A stretch of 44,948 nt of DNA from Candidatus Thorarchaeota archaeon (GTDB lineage: Archaea; Asgardarchaeota; Thorarchaeia; Thorarchaeales; Thorarchaeaceae). Within the stretch, counting starts at the first letter, position 1. Each line of letters starts with the position of its first letter. Below, piece after piece: positions 36,213-44,948 of the stretch. The stretch lies in assembly GCA_004524435.1 (NCBI GenBank), contig SDNO01000002.1, positions 1 through 44,948 on the forward strand. The letters are read 5' to 3'. Position numbers and translations under genes: made by a program. The notes beneath the pieces are model-generated. The model saw nothing but the letters and a program-made list of their open reading frames with translations. It searched no databases and was not told the origin of the DNA.

Positions 36213-38042
36213 TTGATTCATAACACGTTCCTAGTCCGTGTCTCCAACAACAAAGTACTCGCATCGACCCAGTATTGGCCAGTGGATGTTGAACCGGAGG
36301 AGATTGCAGAGTTTATCGAGACCAGGTCAGATCTGCGGTCAGCCGATACCTCCATGTCTGAGATTCCTCTGATAATCGGTGACGACAAGTACCACGGTGT
36401 CGAAGTAGTCCGAGACCTCCTCTTGGTGTTCGTAACAGATACCAGTGAAGATGAACATTCCATCTTTGAACGGATGGAGGATGCGGTCAAGCCCCTGAGA
36501 AGAACACTTGAGAAGAAGGGGCTGGACGAGCTGGTCGAACACTACGAGGCTCTCATCGAACCATCCGTCACTACCCGTCTGAAGATTGCTCTTGTCGGGG
36601 AGGGTGGTGTTGGAAAGACAACGACCCTGCACCTACTGCTCGGCGATACACCTCCAAAGCAATACGTCCCCACCATAGCTCTCAATCTGGAAACCGTGGA
36701 GAACATCCGCTTTGGGAACTACAGCCTCGTTTTGTGGGACTTCGCCGGCCAGGAGCGGTTCAGAACGCTCTGGCGCTTCTACTTCCACGGCGCAGATGTC
36801 ATCTTCTTGGTGTGTGACTCTACGCTGAGGAATGTTATCATCAGTAAGGACATCCTGAAGCTGATACGCCGTGATGCTCCCAAGGTCCCTGTCTTTGCCC
36901 TAGCAAACAAACAGGACAAGCCCAACGCAATGAAGCCTGAGGTCGTCCACAAGATATTGGGGATTCCTACGTATCCCATGGTGGCAATTGACAAGGAACG
37001 CCGTGACGAAATGCTGAGGATTCTGATGAACGCTGCAGCCCAGTATGTTGGGGTAGTGCTTCCTGACCTTCCTGCAAGCGAGCTCCTGAGATTCAGCGAT
37101 GAGGCTGCTGAGAGGGCTGCTGTGGTTGACCTTCGAGGGGAAGATGAGGAAGAGGAGTACGAAACGGTTGAGGTCATCGAAGAGGTGTATGTGGACGAGG
37201 ACGGTCACATCATCGAGGACACAGACGACTACGAGATCATCGAAGAAGTCGTTGAGGAAGTGGAGATTGAACCCGGTGAGGAGCTGGATGTTGAAGATAT
37301 TGATGTGGCGCCCGAGGAGCCTGCAGTCCCTGAGACCAGCACCGATTTCGTGATAGTCGAAGAAGATGAGACCGAAACTGCGGAGGAGATTGTTGAAGAA
37401 CCCCCTGTTTCTGGAGATATCCCAGAACCTGCATATCATTCCTCCACTGAGTTGGTTCCTGTCGAAGAGGAATCTGAAGCCGCCTCTGAAGATGAGGCTA
37501 CATACGAGATAATCCCGATTCAAGAGGAAGAGGGAGAGGCAGAGGAACAGGCAGAGGAACCCCCCACTGAGACTCCTGAAGAGGAATTCGACGTGGAAGT
37601 GGAGGATAAGGGTGCCCCTGCGGAGATATCAGTTGAAGTATCAGACGAAGCCAAAGAAGAGGTGGAGGAGGTACCAGAACCTCCATCTGAGGAGGAGATG
37701 ACTGACGAGCTGCGCCTCGTCAAGGATATCCTCTCCGAAAAGCTAGATGCAGACGACATAATTGCGGAGGAAATAGACCGGACAGCTCCGGATGACCTCG
37801 ATATTGCTCTCGATGCGCTGAAGTGTGAAGAGACTGTGAGCCCGAACGGAACAGAGACTGAGGCTCCGGATGAACTGAGAGAGGATGAGCTTCTAGACCT
37901 CGATAGAATCTTGGGGCTCTTGGACGACAAGACTACACCCCCGCCAGATGACACAGAATCCGCTGAGAAACCGGAGAGTGTAGACGAAGATACCCTTGTT
38001 GAGCTTGAAGAGATAATCGACCCCAAAGAATCTCATGACTAG
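36213..38042 (+). CDS. Longin-like domain + Arf-like small GTPase + long acidic disordered tail
   Basis: GEGGVGKTT, YVPT, WDFAGQERFRTLWRFYF, ANKQD; TTG 36213 after GGTGA; E/D/P-rich C-terminal half. Confidence 0.85.
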   Translation: MIHNTFLVRVSNNKVLASTQYWPVDVEPEEIAEFIETRSDLRSADTSMSEIPLIIGDDKYHGVEVVRDLLLVFVTDTSEDEHSIFERMEDAVKPLRRTLEKKGLDELVEHYEALIEPSVTTRLKIALVGEGGVGKTTTLHLLLGDTPPKQYVPTIALNLETVENIRFGNYSLVLWDFAGQERFRTLWRFYFHGADVIFLVCDSTLRNVIISKDILKLIRRDAPKVPVFALANKQDKPNAMKPEVVHKILGIPTYPMVAIDKERRDEMLRILMNAAAQYVGVVLPDLPASELLRFSDEAAERAAVVDLRGEDEEEEYETVEVIEEVYVDEDGHIIEDTDDYEIIEEVVEEVEIEPGEELDVEDIDVAPEEPAVPETSTDFVIVEEDETETAEEIVEEPPVSGDIPEPAYHSSTELVPVEEESEAASEDEATYEIIPIQEEEGEAEEQAEEPPTETPEEEFDVEVEDKGAPAEISVEVSDEAKEEVEEVPEPPSEEEMTDELRLVKDILSEKLDADDIIAEEIDRTAPDDLDIALDALKCEETVSPNGTETEAPDELREDELLDLDRILGLLDDKTTPPPDDTESAEKPESVDEDTLVELEEIIDPKESHD

Positions 38043-38140
38043 GCTGCTCAGTTCGAGGTCTATAGCTTCTGCTCAGCTTCTTGCCGTCTCGGAAGACTCA
38101 ATTGAAGGGATATTTCTCAACTAGTGTTAGGGAACAACCG

Positions 38141-38515
38141 TTGAAGATAGAAGACGTCGAAACTAACGAGAATGTGTCAGAGGTAACAGTGAGGGTCATC
38201 TCGAAGGCTCCGCCCCGAATCATACGGACCAGAGGAGGACGGAAGACACAGCTGACCGAACTGTTGGTTGGAGATGAGAGTGGCACCATCATTCTGACCC
38301 TGTGGGGATTTGGGGAGGGCTCCGATCTCATGACTGGCGACGTTCTCAAGATTACTGATGGCTGGGCTAAGGAATGGAAAGGAAAACCGCAGCTCTCTCT
38401 TGGACGGTCTGGCAAGATGGAAGTCATCGAGGATGATGGAACCGTTCCTGAGGTCTCAGAACTTATGGGGCGAATGGATCAGTCGGGCTCCGAGCCGAAA
38501 GCCGAGTCAGATTGA
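38141..38515 (+). CDS. Single OB-fold ssDNA-binding protein (SSB/RPA)
   Basis: 'LVGDESGTIILTLWG...GDVLKITDGWAKEWKGKPQLSLG'. Confidence 0.88.
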   Translation: MKIEDVETNENVSEVTVRVISKAPPRIIRTRGGRKTQLTELLVGDESGTIILTLWGFGEGSDLMTGDVLKITDGWAKEWKGKPQLSLGRSGKMEVIEDDGTVPEVSELMGRMDQSGSEPKAESD

Positions 38516-38531
38516 TTGGTGGGTGCCCGCG

Positions 38532-39020
38532 TTGCTTCAGGGATACCTCTCAGGCCCAATAATACACGAACATCTTCAGAAGAGAGATTTCTACACAGTC
38601 GTGGTTGAGACGCTGAGAGATAGGGACATAGAGGTCTTCGCGCCACAATTCCTCGTTCCAGCAGCCGCCCGAGAGATATACTTACGTGATGTCCAATGGG
38701 TGCGACAATCGGATTTCCTCGTGGGTGAAGTCAGTAACCCGTCTTTAGGCGTTGGAATGGAGATAATGCTAGCCATCGAACTGAAGAAACCGGTGTTGCT
38801 CTTCAGGCAGGCCGAAAGCCCAAGACTGTCTCGTATGGTCTTAGGCGCAAAAGGGAAGGTTCTCTTTGTCTACAAAGAAACTGGTGACGTCGAATCTGTC
38901 CTTCGAGACATCGACTTCGAGAACCTGACGGTCAGGGAATGTCCTCACTGCGACTCGGAGGTTTCCATGAAGTCAGATGATGACTACGTATGTGTTCTAT
39001 GTGGGCAGACCGCGGATTAG
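38532..39020 (+). CDS. Nucleoside 2-deoxyribosyltransferase/DNPH1-like protein with C-terminal zinc ribbon
   Basis: 'YLSGPI', 'IYLRDVQWVRQSD', 'PSLGVGMEI', 'KPVL'; CPHC...CVLC. Confidence 0.8.
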   Translation: MLQGYLSGPIIHEHLQKRDFYTVVVETLRDRDIEVFAPQFLVPAAAREIYLRDVQWVRQSDFLVGEVSNPSLGVGMEIMLAIELKKPVLLFRQAESPRLSRMVLGAKGKVLFVYKETGDVESVLRDIDFENLTVRECPHCDSEVSMKSDDDYVCVLCGQTAD

Positions 39021-39032
39021 TTGGTGTATCAG

Positions 39033-39980
39033 ATGGGGAAGGAGATCGATATCCAGTCAAGCGATAGACCGCGAATTGCACTTCTGTTGATTCTCTCTGT
39101 TTCCATGGTTTCGAGTGCGAGCATTCTGATACGCCTTAGTCAGTCGCACCCACTTGTCATCGTATTCTGGCGAACGCTCCTTGGCGCAATACTGATGGCA
39201 TCTCTTGGCCTGATAAGAGGCGACTATACAAGGCAGGCCCGGGATACCGTGCGCCAGAACTGGAAGTGGTTCGTAACGATAGGACTCTTCCTATGCCTTC
39301 ATTTCTCTGCTTGGTTCACCTCATTGTTTCTGACGACTGTGGCTGCAAGCGTGGTATTGACAGACAGCTCACCAATCTTCACAGCGTTGCTGTCCACTTT
39401 CGTGCTAAAAGAGAAGCTCGGGGCCAAATCTTGGGCTGGGACTCTCATAGCTGTGTTAGGAGCGATTCTCCTGGCTTGGGGGGATCTCACATCCACAGGC
39501 TATGGAGCCCTCAGTGGTGATTTGCTGGCTCTACTCAGTGCACTCTTCTTGGCCCTGTACTTCATCGGAGGCCGCAGATTTGCTCGTGGTGTACCTATCA
39601 CAGTCTATACATCTATTGTCTATGCCACCGCATCTCTGTTTACACTAGTGCTCTGCCTCTTACAGGGAGTCAATGTTGTTGTTCTTGAATCAACAGAGAT
39701 GATTCTGTTTTTGGCTCTGGCCATCTTCCCTACAGTTCTTGGACATTCTGTGAACAACTATCTTCTCACATTGGTTCCAGCATATCTGGTATCTGCTGCA
39801 GTCCTAGGCGAGCCCATCGGTGCAACACTGTTGGCGGCTGCCATATTGAATGAAATCCCGCCACCAATCACCTTTGTTGGATTTCTAGTCATACTTGCAG
39901 GTATAGCTCTGGTTCTCACAGACCTTGCCCGTAGGACCCGAGGAAATGGATTAGCCCTTGATGACACCCATGGGTCTTAG
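39033..39980 (+). CDS. DMT/EamA family transporter
   Basis: About 10 TM helices; 'SPIFTALL...LKEK', 'GDLLAL', 'LGEPIGA...LNE'. Confidence 0.92.
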   Translation: MGKEIDIQSSDRPRIALLLILSVSMVSSASILIRLSQSHPLVIVFWRTLLGAILMASLGLIRGDYTRQARDTVRQNWKWFVTIGLFLCLHFSAWFTSLFLTTVAASVVLTDSSPIFTALLSTFVLKEKLGAKSWAGTLIAVLGAILLAWGDLTSTGYGALSGDLLALLSALFLALYFIGGRRFARGVPITVYTSIVYATASLFTLVLCLLQGVNVVVLESTEMILFLALAIFPTVLGHSVNNYLLTLVPAYLVSAAVLGEPIGATLLAAAILNEIPPPITFVGFLVILAGIALVLTDLARRTRGNGLALDDTHGS

Positions 39981-41396
39981 CCTTGCCACCATGGTGGCAA
40001 TTCCTGCCTCGTGCGATACCCGGACAACTTCGTCAACATCCTTGTATGCCCCTGGCGCCTCCTCTGCTATGCCTACTGCTCTGGGTGCACGAACAAGTAT
40101 TCCCTCGCTGGCAAGCCGCTTCTGAACATCCTTGCCGTAGAAGTCACGCTTGGCTTGCGTACGACTCATGACTCGACCGGCTCCGTGGGCAGTTGAACCA
40201 AAGGTGAGTTCCATTCCTCGTGGATCGCCTCTGAGGATGTACGAGGCGGTACCCATCGTACCTGGAATCAGGACTGGCTGTCCAATCTTCTTGTAGAGCT
40301 TGGGTGTTTCAGGGTGGTTCGGTGGGAATGCACGAGTTGCACCTTTTCTATGGACTACCACCTTCTTGCGTTTCCCGCCTATCTCGTGCTCCTCAACTTT
40401 TGCCATGTTGTGAGCAACATCGTAGATCAAATGCATGTCCAGGTCTTCTGGGGACTGTCCAAAGACTCGACCGAAAGTTTCCCGTGTCCAGTGCATCATG
40501 GTCTGTCTGTTGGCCCACGCATAGTTGGCTGCAGCGCTCATCGCTGCAAGATATGACTGTCCCTCGTCAGATGTCACAGGAGCACTGCATAACTCTCTGT
40601 CGGGCACCTCTATGTTGTACTTCTTCATTGCCCTGGTCATGGTCTTGATGTAATCGCTGCACACTTGGTGGCCAAGACCGCGGGACCCACTGTGAATCAT
40701 CACCGTGATCTGGCCTTCTTCCTCGATCCCCATGGCCTTAGCTGCTTCTTCGTCATAGATTTCATGAACCGCCTGTACTTCGAGGAAGTGGTTGCCAGAT
40801 CCGAGAGTTCCAACCTGTCTGTTACCGCGCCCCTTTGCATGAGCTGATACCTTGGATGCATCGGCTACCTCTAGACTCCCATTCGCCTCGGTATGATCAA
40901 GATCCTCCTCCCAGCCATAACCGTTCTCTATGTTCCATCTTGAGCCAAGATTGAGGACCTCATCTACTCCGCCTTCGTTGCGAAGATTGACCTTGCTTGT
41001 GCTGCCGACTCCACTGGGAATGTTGTCGAAGAGTCTATCCACTAGCTCTCGTAACTTCGGAGTTACGTCATCTTCTCTGAGATTGGTCCGAAGCACACGA
41101 ACTCCACAGTTGATGTCGTAGCCTACTCCGCCTGGTGAAATGACGCCCTCGTCATAATCTAGGGCTGCCACACCGCCTATCGGGAATCCGTATCCCTGAT
41201 GACCATCGGGAAGAACAATACTCTTCTCCTGGATTCCTGGTAGACAAGCAACATTGGTGCTCTGCTTTAGCGTGTTGTCTTGCTGCATCTTGTTGATCAG
41301 GGTTTGTGATGCGTAAATTCTCACAGGCACTCTCATACACGGTTGGGTGCCCTTTGGTATTTCGTAGAGATTCTCACCAATCTTCTTAACGTCCAA
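39951..41396 (-). CDS. rtcB: tRNA-splicing ligase RtcB
   Basis: PDGHQGYGFPIGG, GYDINCG, GTLGSGNHFLE, HSGSRG, HRKGAT, HGAGR. Confidence 0.98.
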   Translation of the reverse strand: MDVKKIGENLYEIPKGTQPCMRVPVRIYASQTLINKMQQDNTLKQSTNVACLPGIQEKSIVLPDGHQGYGFPIGGVAALDYDEGVISPGGVGYDINCGVRVLRTNLREDDVTPKLRELVDRLFDNIPSGVGSTSKVNLRNEGGVDEVLNLGSRWNIENGYGWEEDLDHTEANGSLEVADASKVSAHAKGRGNRQVGTLGSGNHFLEVQAVHEIYDEEAAKAMGIEEEGQITVMIHSGSRGLGHQVCSDYIKTMTRAMKKYNIEVPDRELCSAPVTSDEGQSYLAAMSAAANYAWANRQTMMHWTRETFGRVFGQSPEDLDMHLIYDVAHNMAKVEEHEIGGKRKKVVVHRKGATRAFPPNHPETPKLYKKIGQPVLIPGTMGTASYILRGDPRGMELTFGSTAHGAGRVMSRTQAKRDFYGKDVQKRLASEGILVRAPRAVGIAEEAPGAYKDVDEVVRVSHEAGIATMVARLRPMGVIKG

Positions 41397-41638
41397 GACT
41401 ATACTCTCCTCTCTGGAACAATCGCAACAATCCCAGAATTCGCTTTAAGACTTATGAAACATCGCTTATGTGAAGTCTGTAGAGTCATGTCTGTCCAGTG
41501 TCAGGGAAAACGACTATCACAGTATCTCGCTTCTCTGTGTCTTCCATGCAAATGGTATAGCATCTCATCAGTGATACGATGCCGGTGGAGAAAGAAAGCC
41601 GGTCGAACTTCTATCACTTGGCCGAGGCCATTACGGCT

Positions 41639-41815
41639 CTATTCGATGAGATGATTCAACTTGTCCAGAAGCTTGTCGAATCCTTTCAGCGAACTCAAGT
41701 CGAGGTCTGGGTCAATGAATTTCCGAATTTCGACGATCTCTTCCTCCTCCACATCGTGGAAGAGCCAGAATTCAGGTTCTTTGACTTGTTTTGTCGTTGC
41801 CAAGAGAAAGCTCAC
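41639..41815 (-). CDS. Possible small hypothetical protein (strand ambiguous)
   Basis: 58-aa acidic ORF from GTG 41815; competes with in-register antisense ORF 41579..41824. Confidence 0.35.
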   Translation of the reverse strand: MSFLLATTKQVKEPEFWLFHDVEEEEIVEIRKFIDPDLDLSSLKGFDKLLDKLNHLIE

Positions 41816-42064
41816 TCCAAATGATACTCTCACTATATACTTCGCGTTTTGCCGATATAACTTCTTTGATACGGGTTTTGTCGAAATACAGTTCGTACAA
41901 CATCGATTGGCTGTTCCCGTGTGCGCTTGCCAGTCTGCTGGTCTTCTCTAAAGGTGCTAGGAACCGGTCTAGTAACACCTAAGAGCGAGAACGCCAAATC
42001 ATTATTAACTCCCGATATGATTACGGGGACGCAATGTACGGAACGCAGGATTGGGTGCAAGATA

Positions 42065-42766
42065 ATGAAGATTGTAGTCACAGGCCCATATGAATCGGGA
42101 AAGAGCTCCATTGTTCATCATATAACCGATGGTGCATGCATCAATGTTGAGCGCAACGGTACCACTATAGCTATGGATCATGGTGTTGCCAACGTGGATG
42201 GCATGAGTGTGTTCCTATTTGGAACACCGGGCCTTCTACGATTCAGGACAATGCGGAAGATTCTCAGTTCTGGTGCTGACGGTATCATATTCGTTGTGGA
42301 TTCAGTCGATGAGGAATCCGACGCCAGAGCCAGACTCTTCTTCAGAGAGATTGCATTCTTCCTTCCCGGAGTTCCCTGTGTCGTTGCGGCAAACAAACAA
42401 GATCTTGCGAGTGCACGGCCTGTTGACAGACTACGTGAGAGTATGAGTTTTCTTGTTGGACTGCCAGTCATCCCCTGTTCAGCTAAGACAGGGGAGAACA
42501 TTGACAATGTACTGCGAACACTGCTCTATCTCTCTATGATGCAATGGTGCTCTGTGTTCAAGAAGATGGCTGAGTATAGTGGTTCATCAGATGGACTCAG
42601 TCAATTGATGGACGACCTAAACATGGATCGAGAGCAGGTTGTTGGCTACCTCAGGCGTTTTGAGCTCCGTAAGCTACTTGAGGTTCAAGTCGGAGACGAA
42701 GAATTCAAGGTCCGAGAGGAAGTCCGACCAATACTGGAGAATCCAATGACCCTGATGCGCCGATAG
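42065..42766 (+). CDS. MglA/CvnD-like small GTPase with C-terminal winged-helix extension
   Basis: GPYESGKSS, TTIAMDHG, FGTPG, VVDS, ANKQD, SAKTGENI; ATG start 42065. Confidence 0.85.
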   Translation: MKIVVTGPYESGKSSIVHHITDGACINVERNGTTIAMDHGVANVDGMSVFLFGTPGLLRFRTMRKILSSGADGIIFVVDSVDEESDARARLFFREIAFFLPGVPCVVAANKQDLASARPVDRLRESMSFLVGLPVIPCSAKTGENIDNVLRTLLYLSMMQWCSVFKKMAEYSGSSDGLSQLMDDLNMDREQVVGYLRRFELRKLLEVQVGDEEFKVREEVRPILENPMTLMRR

Positions 42767-42829
42767 TTCACAAGCAGAAAGAATCAAAAGCGACCTTAAT
42801 GCGCTCAAGGCACAGACAATGGATGTGAC

Positions 42830-43687
42830 ATGCCCATGAGTGAGGAAGACAATTTCGATGACATAGATCCCGCAATGCTGCTGGAGCAGGCTGCAGACTT
42901 GGAGGAATCTGGCAATAAAGAAGATGCTGCCAAGATGTACAATGAGATCGGGAATATCTACATGTCATTTGCAGAATATGAGGAGGCACACGATTGCTTT
43001 GACCGTTCTCTCACTCTCTATAAAGAACTAGACGATGAAGTGGGCATGAGTGATGCTCTCTACAACCTGGGTGTGGCACAGATCAACTTGGAGCAATGGG
43101 CGGAGGCTGCTGAAACCTGCAAGACGGCCATGGAGAAGTTTGAGAAGTTGGGCAACGAAGAGGGGAAGGCTGACTCTGTCTACGCTCTGGCACTGGCCAA
43201 TCTGGGCCAAGGAGACTTCGATGCGGCCATGGACCTGTTCAAAGATGCTCAGAAGTCGTACAAAGCAGCTGACAATCAACAAGGCGTTGCCAGCACCATG
43301 ATGGACATGGGTAACGCATACGCTGACAAAGAGGATTGGGACAACGCCGTCAAGATGTTCAAGAAGGCCTTGAAGGTCTACGAGGAGATTGATGACAAGG
43401 CCGGCAGAGCCGATGCTCAGTCTCTTTTGGGAGATATTGCGGAGCTCCAAGGTAATCAGAAAAAGGCTGCTGAGTATTTCACTGATGCTGCAAAGTTGTA
43501 CCTCGAGGCTGAGATATACGAGTTCTCTCGAGAGGTTGTCGAACGGGCAGAAAGCAAGATGTGGGACATTCCAAAGTCCACCCGCCGTCGACTCAGAAAG
43601 GTGATCGATGACGTCATCGACGCTCTTCCTGAAGAAGAGGAAGAGGATGAAGACGATGAAGATGACTTCGATGAAGACCTCCTGTAG
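42830..43687 (+). CDS. Acidic TPR-repeat protein
   Basis: ~40-aa TPR repeats (YNEIGNIY, LYNLGVAQ, MDMGNAY, LLGDIAE); poly-D/E tail. Confidence 0.9.
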   Translation: MPMSEEDNFDDIDPAMLLEQAADLEESGNKEDAAKMYNEIGNIYMSFAEYEEAHDCFDRSLTLYKELDDEVGMSDALYNLGVAQINLEQWAEAAETCKTAMEKFEKLGNEEGKADSVYALALANLGQGDFDAAMDLFKDAQKSYKAADNQQGVASTMMDMGNAYADKEDWDNAVKMFKKALKVYEEIDDKAGRADAQSLLGDIAELQGNQKKAAEYFTDAAKLYLEAEIYEFSREVVERAESKMWDIPKSTRRRLRKVIDDVIDALPEEEEEDEDDEDDFDEDLL

Positions 43688-43794
43688 CGACATAATCCAT
43701 ATGCATAGCTGAGCACGAATGGCAGTCCTGACTACCTCAAGAAAAAGGCTATTTGATTACGGCTCCTCCGCTTTGCTACAAGGAGCTTTGAGAC

Positions 43795-44948
43795 GTGCGA
43801 GGACCGTATCCCGCAATTGCTGCGTTCATATTAGTGCTGCTGTGTATGCCAGGTTTCCTACTTCTGGCGGACAATCCTCACCAAGCCTCTCTGCGGGTCG
43901 AAGAAGAGACTTCACGGGTCAGTCGACACACTCTCTCGGCAAACGCTTCCTCGCTGGCGCCTCTCAGGCGCATCACCTATGTGGCTGATGATCCCCTGTC
44001 CTACAGAGATGAGTTCTCCTACATGGCAGCAGTCCCGAGTTCTGTCTTCCGTAGCGGTGGGACAACCTACATGGCGCCGCTGATACTCAGTCAGAACTCC
44101 CAGTCGGAGATATGGTTGTCAGAAGACTGGGCCAGGTATACGTCGGATGACGGTGGAATCACACAGACGATGATTGTTGGAGACCTCTCTGAGGCAGTTG
44201 CCAAAGAGATCAAGCAGAGGACTGCGACCTCGATATTCCCGTGGATTCGTGGTACTTCCTCGGCTCAGATTGCAGCCGAGCTCGCCGTGGCAGACTGGCA
44301 AAGCTCAAACATAGGCGTCTTCGCTCTCGCTCAGGACTCCTTCGAGAGCCCTTCAATCTCAGGAGGGAACGCGGAACACACCTTCAACAATGATGAGGTG
44401 ACCACATATACGCCCGACGTGACAGTTTCCTCGATGGTCCCCGTTGACGTGGCCTTCACACCTCCATCTGCGTGTGGCTGGATTGAGGCCTCCATCAACT
44501 GGACCGGTAGCGCGTACTTCACCCATACGCTTGCGGACCCTGATGGTCGGATAGTGGACTACTCCGTCTGGACGCAGACCTACTGGGAACGTTTTAGTCC
44601 TCAGCTGGATGCGCCTGTCCCCCTGAAGTTCTGGATTCCCAAGACGCTCGATGGTGAATGGACTCTTCGCCTCTACCCTCAGACCTCAATTACTAGCCCC
44701 CTTCCTCTAGACTTCATTCTCACATACCACCCCAGCTTCAGTCATCAGTTCACCGTCGGGTCTGACGCATCATCTCTGCATATCGATTTGGGTTGGGATA
44801 AGACAGCTGCAGACCTCAATCTTGCCTTAGTGGACCCATCCGGCCGCCTTGTTGACTGGGCACCCTCCGGCAGTGTCATATCTAGTCCTAGTTCGGCAAC
44901 AGTTGACATAGAATATCCCATGGCGGGGACATGGACGGCCATCGTGGC
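43795..44948 (+). CDS. Large secreted/surface protein, 3'-truncated by the window edge (absent from the ORF track)
   Basis: My translation from GTG 43795 (AGGAG upstream) is stop-free to the end: signal peptide 'AIAAFILVLLC'; PPC-like beta domains 'DLNLALVDPSGR...PMAGTWTAIV'. Confidence 0.85.
   Translation, partial: MRGPYPAIAAFILVLLCMPGFLLLADNPHQASLRVEEETSRVSRHTLSANASSLAPLRRITYVADDPLSYRDEFSYMAAVPSSVFRSGGTTYMAPLILSQNSQSEIWLSEDWARYTSDDGGITQTMIVGDLSEAVAKEIKQRTATSIFPWIRGTSSAQIAAELAVADWQSSNIGVFALAQDSFESPSISGGNAEHTFNNDEVTTYTPDVTVSSMVPVDVAFTPPSACGWIEASINWTGSAYFTHTLADPDGRIVDYSVWTQTYWERFSPQLDAPVPLKFWIPKTLDGEWTLRLYPQTSITSPLPLDFILTYHPSFSHQFTVGSDASSLHIDLGWDKTAADLNLALVDPSGRLVDWAPSGSVISSPSSATVDIEYPMAGTWTAIV

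Noticed and set aside
36048-36221. Apparent head-to-head overlap of the GNAT and GTPase ORFs
   Set aside because: Artefact of longest-ORF start choice; better starts at 36047 and 36213 leave a normal divergent promoter gap.
36779-38026. Ser-rich and Leu/Phe-rich antisense ORFs (also at 4155, 12969, 43028)
   Set aside because: Shadow frames of Glu/Asp-rich sense genes.
39951-39980. 30-bp convergent overlap of the DMT gene and rtcB
   Set aside because: Short 3' overlaps are ordinary in compact archaeal genomes.
41772-41978. Selenoprotein by TGA readthrough
   Set aside because: The continuation (ILALPRCGGGRDRRNSEIH*) is short and not protein-like.

Overview
Gene-dense chromosomal window from an archaeon, very likely an Asgard archaeon (Thorarchaeota-like). 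This placement is inferred from gene content: class I LysRS, rpl13e, rps26e, archaeal CCA enzyme, TrmY, short XPF and many eukaryotic-signature proteins. About 50 CDS are supported. Housekeeping genes (lysS, cca, trmY, rtcB, tmk, ino1, AIP synthase, SSB, TET peptidase) are interleaved with trafficking/signalling-type genes. These include a duplicated Roadblock-wHTH + Bet3/V4R + membrane-protein locus (4.0-9.1 kb), Rab-like, longin-Arf-like and MglA-like GTPases, an NPRL2/uDENN-like longin protein and a TPR-PCI protein. A ~310-nt hairpin-rich intergenic segment (34.76-35.08 kb) looks like an unannotated RNA and shares an exact 14-mer with another long intergenic gap. I found no tRNA, rRNA, CRISPR array or transposase. 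All calls come from reading motifs by eye, and comparisons to known proteins are from memory; no searches were run. Several starts were moved from the ORF track to more plausible codons.
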